NCBI GenBank assembly: GCA_046563655.1
Contig: CM102286.1
Coordinates: forward strand, 1,364,001 to 1,428,000
Direction: 5' to 3'
Length of the DNA stretch: 64,000 nucleotides
Source: Yuukianura sp. NJ FZ-2021
Taxonomy: Eukaryota
How positions within the stretch are numbered: position 1 is the stretch's first letter; the number at the start of each line of letters is the position of its first letter. Made by a program: the position numbers and the translations under genes. Positions 11,275 to 22,293 of the stretch are shown in pieces. A model generated the notes under the pieces. The model worked only from the letters and a program-made list of their open reading frames with translations, was not told the origin of the DNA and did not search any database.

Positions 11275-14200
11275 ATGTAAGTATAACTTTATAAAATTGC
11301 TGATTCTTGAATTCACACTTCATAATATAATTTGCATTATCAAAGTTCTTATTAGAAACATGATTTTTTCCCTGGGATTGATTTCATAGTTTATTGAATT
11401 ATGAAAAACTTTTAAAGGTATTTCGCAGAGTTCAAATATTGCCTATTTGGACTCACGTTGATGTGTAGCACTATCCTCACTGTGACCTCTGGCGAGAAAG
11501 TACATCAGCCAACTGGACTCTGTTATTCCGTAAGAAACGAAGTTTTTGTCGATGTACTAGTGTAAGTATTTTGCTGCACCAGAATGACATTTCCTTCTTC
11601 TTTTTTCTAAAACATCCCTTTCTATCAGATTAACATTTGCAAAGTTGCAACACGTTTTTCCTAATATTGCGGTTTGAAAGAATGACTTTGTCGCATTTAA
11701 GTGTGTAAGAAATGTTTGGGAAACATATGAGGTAATCTTATAAGAGGCAAACGCACCAAGAGATAAAAAGAGATTAAACAGTTTACTGTACCAGCACCAG
11801 CTCAGCACCTCCAGGTCTGTTCGCCTATTTTTGAAAAATTGAGAAAACAGAAATTGAGAAATTGAGAATCAGAGGAATCAGAATTTGAGGAAAAAGAAAT
11901 CAGAAATTGAATATTCCGTAACTCACAGTCAAGGTTGCTATAGCAACCAATCTACAAATAGTCTACAAGAGGTTATCCCATAGAGTTACCAAGCCGACTT
12001 GATTTTTTTTCTTTTAACTAGAGTGGACATAAGGCATTTTTTCAACAAAATTTTTGAAGCAAATTAAAAGAGGTTAAAAGAGGTAAAAAACCGCTTTCAT
12101 CCGAAGTTTAAGCAAGGTTCACACAAAAAATGAAATTTAGAATTTCAATCTTCATTTGAATTTATGAATAAAATTACGAAAAGCAGGGGTTTTGAGACAA
12201 AATATCCGCCCATATCTGTCACGATACAACTGGTGACTAGTAGTATGTCTTCGGAGAATTGAGGATGATCAGCATGGACGAACACACTTTTGAGTCTTCC
12301 CACGTGCTTACTTTGCTTTGCTTGGTCATTAGACAATACTGTAAGATTAGGTTTCATTCCATTGCCAGACAGGAAACCATTAAGCTAAACCCAACTACTA
12401 TTCGTAACACTTGTAACAAAACTGTAATTTTCAGAGGTCAGTAGTGTTAGATTCAGAGTATTTCCAATTTTCCAATTTAAACTCTGCTGTAAAATAAAAT
12501 CTCCCTTAATTCCAAATAGTTTCAAGTACTTAAACACAGCTAAAGTAAATTTAAACGTTAAATTAACTAATCTATAGTTACTATCTACGTCCACACCACT
12601 ACTAGTAGCATTTTCCAGAATCACAGATTAGGGTTGAAAGTTTTTCTGAAAAACAAAACCCTAGATTTAACTTTTTCAGTAATTCGCGAAAATTTTTAAA
12701 TGACACCTGCAATCCATAGTTTGTGTGTACCTGGCTTAAACTTAAGATGAAAACGGTTTTTTTTCCGCTTTGTAAATGCTTCAAAAATTTTGTTGAAAAA
12801 ATGCCTTATGTCCACTCTAGTTAAAGGAAAAAAAATCGAATCGTCATGGTAACTCTATGGGTTATCCAGTAGTTCGGGGCAAGGTAACTAAACATAAATA
12901 CACACGCTCTTTCTAAGGTAGTCTCACGAGCGGTTTTTTCAGCTATTTTTGCGATATTTTTTGGTGGGGCGGATTGTTTGTTTTTTAAACATTCCTCTGA
13001 CAACGTTTTCCTTCGGTCGGAGTACAAAATCAAATTCCTCCATTGTGACCATCCAGTGTACCCAATCATCGTGCTAGTGGTTTACATTGATTTTAGGATT
13101 GGAAAATGGAGTAAACAAATTTTACGCTTATAATTACTACAAATTCAATGCAACTCAATGACAAGTAGTTGATTTGCGTAAAATACTGAACGCTGGGTAC
13201 AACTAATACATCATTGTTACCTCAACCAACCTTTGCACGAATTTTATACAGTTTTATTTCCTTGGAAACCGAACAATCCGCCCCACCAAAAAATATCGCA
13301 AAAATAGCTGAAAAATCCGCTCGTGAGACTACCTTAGAAAGCGCGTGTGTACTTATGTTTAGTTACCTTGGTTCGGGGTTTGCAAAAATCTTCCTTCAAA
13401 CAATTTTTCCCCCAATTTTCCCCCAATTCCTATTAAATTACATACAAATCATTACCATAGAAAGGCACGGCGACGCAAGTTTTGAAAATTATTTGAGAAA
13501 ATTAAAAACATCGACTTAATGGATAACCTGGTGTAGAATAAACAATTTGTTTTTTTTTTTGTTTACCCACCTTGCTCACAGTAGTAATGACATCACCGAG
13601 GGGAAAAAATTATTGTTTATTTTTATCGACTGTATTTAGTAGTAGTATTCTATTAACCTTGAATTCGAACCAATATATAAAAAACTAACTCTTTTTTTGA
13701 ATCTCCAATTCTTTTTAAACTAAAGCATTTGCATTGTGCAATTAAATAATTCATTTGATTATACAGTGCAAAAGTGAATCCGACTGTAAACGAAAACTTT
13801 CGGAAAGCCAATATGGGTTTGCATGCGAGGACTCCGATCCCTTTTGCAACAAGGGACGTACCGGTTCCCCTGACAGCTACATTGAAAGCATTTATAACGC
13901 CTTTAAAGAAAATGCTACCAATTTTAACGAAGGATGCTGCTATTGCAAAACGGTAAGTTTGGGACACATTCAGCTTAATGTTCGTCTAAAAACGCAAGAC
14001 AGTTTGTTTATCTAAATTTTCACTGATTTCTTACTTGTTGCCATACGTTACTGAAATGTTGAACACAATCTGCGCTACATCGTTTGTACATGCGCAACCC
14101 AACCAGCGCCGAAAAATTCAAAAATATTCAATTTTGAGAATAAATAAACTGTCTTGCGTTTTTAGACGAACATTAATCCGTTTTTATTGGAAATGTTGGT

Positions 14201-17200
14201 GACAAGGTATGCAAATAGTTTCCCTAGTAACTTTAACGTTCCTTTTGAATTTAAAGGCTACGGCGTAAATTCGACAAAGGATTGCCTAAAAACGATTCGG
14301 ATATCATACTGTAATTGACGACCACTCCGTATGTCCCAATGTTAACAGCATGACCATGCAAACTATATGTGCAAAAAACTCTCTCTGCTTGGAAGAGTGG
14401 AACGATCCTGGGGTGTCCCTTTAACATTGCTTCTCCAAGCACAGACTTCCACAAATTCCATCTCAACTGAGAAACCAAAAAAAAAGGTGGGGGGGGGGGG
14501 TCTGGGGGGGCTTGCCCCCCCCCCAGCCTTTACAATACATTTTCGATTCAACTAGACGGAACCCGTGATGTTTACACATCACGAAATTACCTTTAAGCAC
14601 TAGGTCATACCTCGGGTCAAACGAAAAAGCTAGCGGATTTTTGACACAATGTTCAAAATCATCCTTCCTTCATGTCAAAAATCCACTAGCTTTTTCGTTT
14701 GACCCGAGGTATGACCTAGTGTTTAAAGGTAATTTCGTGATGTGTAAACATCACGGGTTCCGTCTAGTGATTTTAACTTTGCATTGCTTAAAATGAGTCT
14801 CAACAGTTGTGTAACAATTCAAATTCTGACTAACCACATAAAGTTTATTTCCACAAGCCATCGGGCTTTGGGTCAGAATATATAAAATATGGGACCTTGA
14901 AACAACATTCTCAAACGATTTGTGATTAGGGGTGTGTCTAACTCAACTGTGCAACGGATTAGACTCAGCGGTTTTGATAAATAATGATATCAGTTGGGTT
15001 AATATGGAAGAGATTACAACATATGCAATTAATTCAATTCGAAAGTAAAGTAATCACCTGTTTTAATTGAAGATACTTATTCATTGCCGCGTTTTGAAAA
15101 TAGGACCAACAAAAAATTAAAAAGTTCGCAGGTTAAAATGTTTGCACACCTTAACGACTATTGTTTAGTCAAAATTTCCATTAGCTTTGAGTCACCTCAC
15201 CTCGTAACTTCTATTCTGCTTACTGTTTGGAATAACTTATTAATAATAACTTATTATTTATTTGCCGTTCTAGTGTGATCAGCATTGTAAGAAGGGGTGC
15301 GCTGCCCCCGCCGTTGATCTTTGTGGTCATGAGACGAGGCGCGAGTGTAAGTGCGCTCAAAACCCAGTAAGTAAACAACAATTCCTACATAAATTTTCCT
15401 ATTAGGGTTACATATTTGATTAGAAATAATGCTGTGCACTTGATCTTAGTGTTCTGCACATACAGACTGCAAGGGACGTTGTACTCTCAAGACCAACAAA
15501 GTGTATTGCAAAGGCGGCAAATGTAGTTGCGTAGACAAAGGCTACGTAAGTAAAAAAAAATTGTTCTCGTTTTTCGATTCTCAATGGCATGTAACCAATG
15601 GATCACTATTATTGCAAACAGTGTGAACATACACACGAATGTGGAAACTATTGTCACGGGAAGGGTAAGTATACCGTTTGCAACGTGTTCAAAAGATGCC
15701 TCTGCACGGACGACGTCAGACACGTAAGTTTCAGCATACATAAGAAATGTTTTATAAATATATTATTAATTAACCATTATAACTATAAAGTCAAGCGACT
15801 TTTGGGAGATACATGTGGCGATTGTTACTTTTCCTTTAAATCCTATATTGAGCCGTTGTTTTACGACGTTTGACGTTTGCTTATGGTTGCATTTTGTTAC
15901 CGCAAAATACTACAAAGCATAACGGGTCGCAATTGAAATTCAGAATGAGACAGGATGGGCGGGACAAGGCGTGCGAATTTCGTGCCCATATTCTATTCCA
16001 TCTTCTTTTTCATCCTCAGCACAAACAATGAGTCAGGGAAAGTTGTTGTTGTGGTTTATGGGTAAAGTAAAATCGGTGCCCGAAAAGTACCAGTTGAGAC
16101 ATTCTGGCAGACGTCTGCTGTTTCGAAACGTGGAATTGACAAAACCGGAAGTCAGATCATTTTAAACTGGAAGGGGTGCCACTTTCTACAATCTGCTGCA
16201 TCATCAAAATGCACGGAAAAGATTTGAACAGGAACCCGCAGTTCTGGGAGAATCCCGGTCATAATGACTCCTGATGAAAGGTAAAATGGTAGTCCGAAGG
16301 AAAATGGTGAAAGATACGTAATCATAATAAATTTTAAGCGGTGAATACGGATAATTGAGCCACGTAATTTAGAAATAATTCTAACCTGGAATAACTTGGC
16401 TCTCAAGTTTGTACGCATTTCGAGTTACCAACCAGAACCACACGTTAGACATTTTTCTAAATTAGCATGTAAGGGTAACCATTCGTTTGTGATTTGTTTG
16501 CACAGGGTGAAAAAAATACCTTATATGGTATTCGGGTATTTATGTAAACGCCGTACAACATATTGCCATATTTATTATATATTAATATACCCAGTGGGTG
16601 TGATACAGACCAAATATTTACTAATTTCATTTTTGTTGATCACAAAGTTAATACTACGAATCTCTTTCCTCTTCAGTGCTCAACTGACCAAGAATGTAAA
16701 GACAGAAGAGCAACATTTACAGACCACCCTCAGGCAAAATGTACAATTATAAGCAGGGCTTGCTGTCTCTACGACGTAAATGCCACAATTGGTTCTAAGT
16801 GACAAGGGCCCATCCACTAAGGGCTAATACAAAAAAAAGGTCCTCCTAAATCAGCGTCGCTAATGTTAAATAAGCTTAGCCTTACCTAACCAAATAACCT
16901 TAACATGATAACTCGAAGCATTAATCTGAAATATTCTAACCACACCCTAACCAAACCTAACCATAACCATTGCCAAACATAATGATAAGCTTAAATCAAC
17001 CTATGGTGTAATTAAGACTAAACTTAACCTGGTCCAATTGAGCCTAACCTGGTTTAGCCAAGCCTAACTAACGAGGAGAGGTTTTCAGTTGTTTCTCCAG
17101 AGAACATTCTTACACCAGTTTCGTGTCATAACATCAAGAAAAAGTTAAATCGACATAGCGTCGAACACCAGCCGAGTATACATGTTATAAAAACAACGAA

Positions 17201-17999
17201 AATTATTCAAAGATAACCATTCCTCATAACAGGCAACTAAACGATAAAGCATATAATTTTAGCGTTTATGCTATCGCTTGAAAATTGGGAAAAACTTTTT
17301 TGAACCTATATCGCGTAACCGTGGTTCGAATCAACCTGGGGTAACCTTATTTTTTCGGGTTGAACTAGTGTCCAAATTTTTCTTTAATTATAACAAATTT
17401 TTGGGAATTGTCCCATCATTTATTTTGAGGAACGGCTGAAAACCTCTCCTCGTAAGTTAGATCTAACTAAGTTAGATCAACAAATCTTGAATCGATTCAA
17501 GATTTGTTGCGTAAAATTAGCGCTTATTGGAATATTGGCCTTTATTTTTTTTAGCTCTTGCTGAAAATACCCATTATTGAATTGGTCCTTATAGGTTTGG
17601 CCCTTGTGACCTGCGACGACCACAATTTATTTTAAGTTATACTGATTGTGTTGATTATTTTAAATACTGTATTGATTTCAAAAAAGGATGCTGTCTATCA
17701 CCGAGGAATTGGCTCATGTGGATGTATTAGAGTTGAGGAGTGTCCCAAAAAGCAGCTTATAAGCTAGCCGAATCACCGATTGGGTGTAAAATTGTCAGTT
17801 AAAAATTTGTTTATTTCTTTGCTACTAATCACCCCTTCGGGTCCAAAGCCCATGGGATGGGAGTTCGAGTGATTTAATTGTAAGCAATGTTTTTTGTTTG
17901 TTACAGTGTGGAGGAGTACAGAAGAGGTGTTGGAGCAGATCGGAAAATTGTCATGTATTTAAAGTTATGACTTTGATTTGGTTTAATAGTTACCTTTAA
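11275..17999 (+). CDS. Secreted multi-module cysteine-rich protein with CS-alpha-beta (defensin/scorpion short toxin)-like modules
   Basis: Exons 11275-11276 (AT), 11418-11529 (G + signal peptide YFAEFKYCLFGLTLMCSTILTVTSG), 13767-13952, 15274-15366, 15450-15545, 15622-15723, 16677-16775 and 17907-17999 splice GT-AG into one open ~260-aa frame. The last six exons all begin AG|TGY in phase 0. AATAAA near 18021. The exact exon set is uncertain. Confidence 0.7.
11971..12867. repeat. Inverted repeat with ~90-bp arms (11971-12061 / 12777-12867)
   Basis: TTAACTAGAGTGGACATAAGGCATTTTTTCAACAAAATTTTTGAAGCA and its reverse complement, with similarity extending outward. A related partial copy lies at ~10460-10510. 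Confidence 0.8.
12880..13370. mobile_element. MITE with ~100-bp TIRs and 8-bp TSD (P-element/hAT-type termini CAAGG)
   Basis: TIR CAAGGTAACTAAACATAA... / ...TTATGTTTAGTTACCTTG; perfect TSD GTTCGGGG at 12872-12879 and 13371-13378. Confidence 0.9.
13975..14176. mobile_element. TTAA-bounded MITE in an intron
   Basis: Inverted repeat TTAATGTTCGTCTAAAACGCAAGACAGTTT / AAACTGTCTTGCGTTTTTAGACGAACATTAA. Confidence 0.75.
14549..14769. mobile_element. Near-perfect palindromic MITE with CACTA-like ends (CMC superfamily)
   Basis: Arms of about 96 bp with few mismatches and a short spacer. Right end CCGTCTAGTG (CACTAG on the - strand), left end CAACTAGACGG; ATT on both sides. Confidence 0.8.
16798..17612. 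mobile_element. Degenerate Mutator-like MITE
   Basis: Imperfect TIRs GTGACAAGGGCCCATCCACTAAGGGC / GGTCCTTATAGGTTTGGCCCTTGTGAC; internal ACCTAAC repeats. Confidence 0.55.
17072..17452. mobile_element. Mariner-like MITE nested in the preceding element
   Basis: TIR CGAGGAGAGGTTTTCAG / CTGAAAACCTCTCCTCG; TA on the right flank, AA on the left. Confidence 0.65.
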
Positions 18000-18306
18000 G
18001 GTCAAAAGAAAGTAAATTAAAATAAAGGAACTCGTAGATTATGCCTAGGCCGCGCGTGTGTTTAGCACTTCTTGTTGTCTACACGTCACTATTGTACGCT
18101 TGTGTCGTTGTTCTTTGCGTGCATTGGAGATGACCTGGAAGTTGATGTACAGCAGAAGAATGAGGGTGGTCGTCATCATCACATGCTAAGAAGGCGCAGA
18201 CTACAGCAAACTTTAAAGTAGAGGTGGCCAAATAATAATTTTAGATGTAAAATTGTAAGTTTTAAATGTAAAATTTTGAATCTAAAATTTGAAGTCGTCA
18301 ATTTAC

Positions 18307-18545
18307 CATTTTTCTGAACCAAACTTTTGAGCTGCAGCCAAAAATTCACTCTAGAACGCACATTCCTATTCCATTTCCTTTGATTTCCCTCATAAATTTT
18401 TGATGACTTGGGTTGTCTGATGAACTTTTAAGAAATAAATTTTGAATTTCGCCGCCAGTGAATTTGACCTGGACGTAGACAGTTTCCGTTGCTAAGTGTT
18501 CTCCTTTTAGCTCTTCTGGGAACTTCACACCAACTTTTTCCATAT
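18307..18545 (-). pseudogene. Ecdysteroid-kinase-like (EcKinase/CHK) N-terminal exon fragment
   Basis: KGEHLATETVYVQV...LFLK...HQKFMRE, then after a frameshift EME*ECAF*SEFLAAAQKF (TAG at 18368-18366 and 18353-18351). This resembles the EcK N-lobe pattern KGENY.S...K...E..FY. Donor GTAAAT at 18306. Confidence 0.5.
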
Positions 18546-18586
18546 TTCCCAATTTCAATTTCTCTCAAAATTTTACAAATTTCTGT

Positions 18587-18873
18587 ATTTTTTTTTATTT
18601 AATCTTGTCCAACCCCTTTCGAGGTTACCCGCCCTGCAGGCCCGAAGCCTATGGCCGTCTCCCGTTACCGGGAAGACCCCTCTTCTGCCCTGTCCCTCCA
18701 GTGTTCGTTGAGTCTTTCCGCTGCTTCTACTAACTGGAGCCGTCCTGGTTTCGTTGAGTCTTTACTCTGCTTCTACTAACTGGACCATGGACAGGGGCGA
18801 GTGTCCTGCATTCGCACTACGCCTAGTGGAAAACCTTTTGGTCTCTGAGTACCACAGGGAAAAACACACTAGG
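18587..18873 (-). mobile_element. Probable 3' tail of a 5'-truncated non-LTR retroelement
   Basis: GC-rich, hairpin-rich block in AT-rich DNA, ending in AATAAAAAAAAA on the - strand; internal ~45-bp duplication; no TSD identified. Confidence 0.4.
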
Positions 18874-19740
18874 AGACACTCGCAAAATTCCACGTAGAAA
18901 TTTTTGTTTCAACGTCGCTCAAATTTGATTCCTTGGTCATGAAAGTTTTTATGAGAAATAAGGTTTGCACCACGGTATACCCAGAATTGTACAACTGTTT
19001 TCAAAATTTGGTTTATTCCGTTTGTTTTAAGGTGGAAGTTTATCTAATCTCATGCCCGTGCCAAAACCCAATCATCAACTTAACAAGTACTCGTGAAAGG
19101 TTAGCGACACCTAAACGTAACACACGTTATTGTTTAAAATTGGTAACATAAAAACAATGAAACGAGGTTTACACATAAAATAACGAATTTCAGTTGACCT
19201 TAGATGACTTGTAAATTTTTTTGAACGCTTAACCTTGAGCTCCATTTAACCTACACACCTACAGTTCATGTCGCTATTTCCCAGAAGCTTCGATTTAAGT
19301 TCGTGTATACATATTAGTGCTTCAGCTTCTAAACCTTAGAGTTTGAACTTCCGAAACTCGAACCATTTTCCTGGGTTCGAAATTCGAAGTCGAGCCAAAA
19401 GAGTTGGGAACTTACATGGCCGTATTAGCAAAATATCCAGCAATGTATGGACTTCAACTGAAATTGTTGTATTTCGATAGTAAATAATATTTTGTTATTT
19501 AATTTAGTTTATATGCTTTTATGTTTTAATTTTTTTTTCAACCTCCCATAGCACTGCTTTTAAGTTTCAATTTGATACTGCTCGTGAAGATTTTGCGTTG
19601 GACGATGATGTGAGTACCAAGACCGGTAGCGGTAAGTCAAAAGTTTTATAACAAAAAATAACCAAATTGTGAATTCAGATTCAGAATCAATAGAGATTGT
19701 AAAGAAATTTTTGCAGTTCGACCACGAATTGTGGTTCAGA

Positions 19741-20757
19741 ATGTCGTGGCTAAGCCATCCAGTTTCTGGCTTTCTTCTAGATATTTCCGGAGTTTTGAAA
19801 AACGGTGACACTCCTATTGAGGGATCGATTGAGGTCATAGAGAAGTAAGTTTTCATTTTTCAAAATTGATACTTTTACCATAACTTCCAAAATTAGTGTT
19901 TGTGTTGTTTTAGGTTAAATACAATTGGCATTCCGTACCGACTGCTGACAAATGAAACGCAACTTTCGAAACGATTGATCTTTGAGCATTTAGTTCATAT
20001 GGGGTTTCCAATTCCATCGGCCAATTTCGTTTTATCTCCAGCTCCAGCACTTGCTAAACATCTCACCAAGAATGACCTTCGACCTCAATTGTTGGTGCAT
20101 GATAAAGTAAGTTATGTTTTCCAAACAAAAATTTTGTTGTTCAACCTTCAAATTCTTAAATTGTTTCTGTTATTTAGCTGCTCGAAGACTTTGAACAAGT
20201 GGAACAGAAGGATCCAAATTGTCTGGTTGTCGGCGATGCAATGGATAACTTTACTTATGAAAATATGAACAAATCTTTTCGTTTTCTCATGGACGATTCG
20301 AATACAAAGTTTTTCAGTATGGGAAAAGGAAAGTTCTATCAAGAAGATGATCAACTGAAGTTGGATTTTGGAGCATTTGTAGTTGGGCTTGAGTATGCTA
20401 CGGATAGGAAAGCAACGATTTTTGGAAAACCGTCTTTAGATTTCTTTGATGCAGCAGTGCAGGATATGGGCATACCAAAGGAAAACGTAAGTTGATCGTA
20501 AATGATTCTACTAAAACTGAAATTTTGAAATGTTGGCTATATTTCAGGTTGTGATGATTGGCGATGACATCTTCGGTGACATTGGAGGAGCTCAAGCAGC
20601 TAGTATTCGTGGAGTGTTGGTGAAAACAGGAAAGTACCGTGATGGTGATGAAGTGAAACACGGAATTTGTCCAGACGGTGTAGTTGAAAACCTCAAAGAT
20701 GCTATAGAACAATGCTGGCCAGTGGTTTCGATGAATTCGAAATCACAAAGGATGTAA
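19741..20757 (+). CDS. LHPP: Phospholysine phosphohistidine inorganic pyrophosphate phosphatase (HAD IIA), 4 exons
   Basis: Motif I LLDISGVL (LHPP type rather than HDHD2 DLSGTL), LTNETQ, GKPS, VMIGDDIFGDIGGAQ, VKTGKYR. Confidence 0.9.
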
Positions 20758-20922
20758 TTTAGTTTTGTATCTCTTTTAATTAATAAGATAAGTAAAGAAT
20801 TTTTCCAAAAATTAAAATGAAATGAATATTTACAATATGCTGGATATTTTTGATAGACAGACTATTTATATCTTGATCTGTATTTGCCTCTGTAACGCCC
20901 ATACACGAGTCATCCATTGGAT

Positions 20923-22293
20923 TCAGTGAGAAGAAGAAGAAGAGGATCTCTCGTAGCGTCGTTTCCTTTGAGGTGGTGGTGATCGACGAACGCGTGCTGC
21001 TGGCGGAGAAGCACGACGTCTGTCTCGCAATGGAGAGCGATTTCGAGGTGGTGACCAACCTAAGGCATGGTTTCAACGTTTTAATTCGCAATTCAGTAAT
21101 AAACACTTATTAAGTTGAAAGTTATTACCACGACGGCCTCCACCTCCGAATCCTCCGCGACGACGCGGTGGGCTTCGACGCATTCCCCTGGGGTTAAAAT
21201 TTTGTCGCATCGGAGGACGATTGGCTGTCATCATGTGAAGTACAGGTGCTGCTGTAATTTCCTGTCCACAAGAAACGCACTCATGATCTTGTGATACTGA
21301 AGATTCATACAACAAATTACGTACAAAACATCAGATCAATGGATCAGTCAATACCTGTCCATCAATTTGTCCACCGTCCATGTGTTTCATAGCGTTCTCT
21401 GCTTCTTCTGGTGTTGAAAATTCAATGTAAGCCAAATTGGATCCTCCGTGCATAGTATCTTGTGGATTGGTAACATTCTAGGAGAGGAAAAAGTAGTTTC
21501 AGTTCAGCATATTCTTCCTCAGTGGAACGGAATTAACTTACCTTGATCGTTCCAAAACAACTAAAAATCTCATGAAGATGGTCCTTTGTTACGTTTCTCG
21601 TCAACCTTCCAACATGGATCTTCACCGGCTTTGGAGTGGGACTCCTTTCTTTCCTGGCTGTTTACCAAACAAAACGGTTTATTACAAAATAGAATGACAA
21701 TGCAAAATCATAGGAGGTGTACAGATTTGCGTTCCGAACCTCTGCGTGGAGAACGAGATGTACGACGACGAGGAGACCGAGACTTGGATTTAGAAGACCT
21801 CCGCCTTCTTCGATCTTCACTTCGACCTCCAGCAGGCGACGTCCTTGGAGATCGTGCTTTTCTGCCTCCTGACCTGGATCTTGATTTGCCTTTAGGAGAA
21901 CGAGATCGTGCCTTCAATGGAGAACGTCCACGTCCCGCTACTCTCGGAGACCGTGACCTGCTTTTTCCTTTGGGTTTGGGACTTCGACTTTTGGCTTTAT
22001 CTAGCGATGGTTTTACGTCTCGCTTATCGACTCGTTCTCTTCCACGTCGTGGCTGCGGACTTGCTGCTGAGCTTGATGAAGAAGAAGACGAAGACGAGGA
22101 ACTAGAAGAAGAGCCTGAAGACGAAGAAGAAGAAGAACTAGACGATGATGAGCTTGAAGAACTGGAAGCTCGACGTTTCCTGTCCTCTGCCTTGTTATTT
22201 GGTTTTGCCCTAAAATACAGTTAATGATTAGTCACAACGTTCATCCTTGTTTTCAGCAACTATGCATGTAAATTACGCGTGTTAAGCTTACAT
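20923..22293 (-). CDS. RNPS1: RNA-binding protein with serine-rich domain 1 (ASAP/EJC component)
   Basis: Split start AT|G (intron 22291-22210), poly-Ser, RS region, RRM KIHVGRLTRNVTKDHLHEIF...KHMDGGQIDGQEITA, R/P-rich tail; TGA at 20925-20923. Confidence 0.93.

Noticed and set aside
11933..11948. Palindrome GGTTGCTATAGCAACC (X-box-like)
   Set aside because: It sits beside repeat-derived sequence in an intron and not near a ciliary gene.
12821..13519. Paired ORFs sharing QSAPPKNIAKIAEK on opposite strands
   Set aside because: They are translations of the two TIRs of the 12880-13370 MITE.
18700..18790. Self-cleaving ribozyme in the duplicated GC-rich block
   Set aside because: No hammerhead CUGANGA core on either strand and no HDV-like fold recognisable by eye; an Infernal search would settle it.
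21586..22224. 212-aa acidic ORF on the + strand
   Set aside because: Antisense shadow of the RNPS1 Ser/Arg-rich exon.
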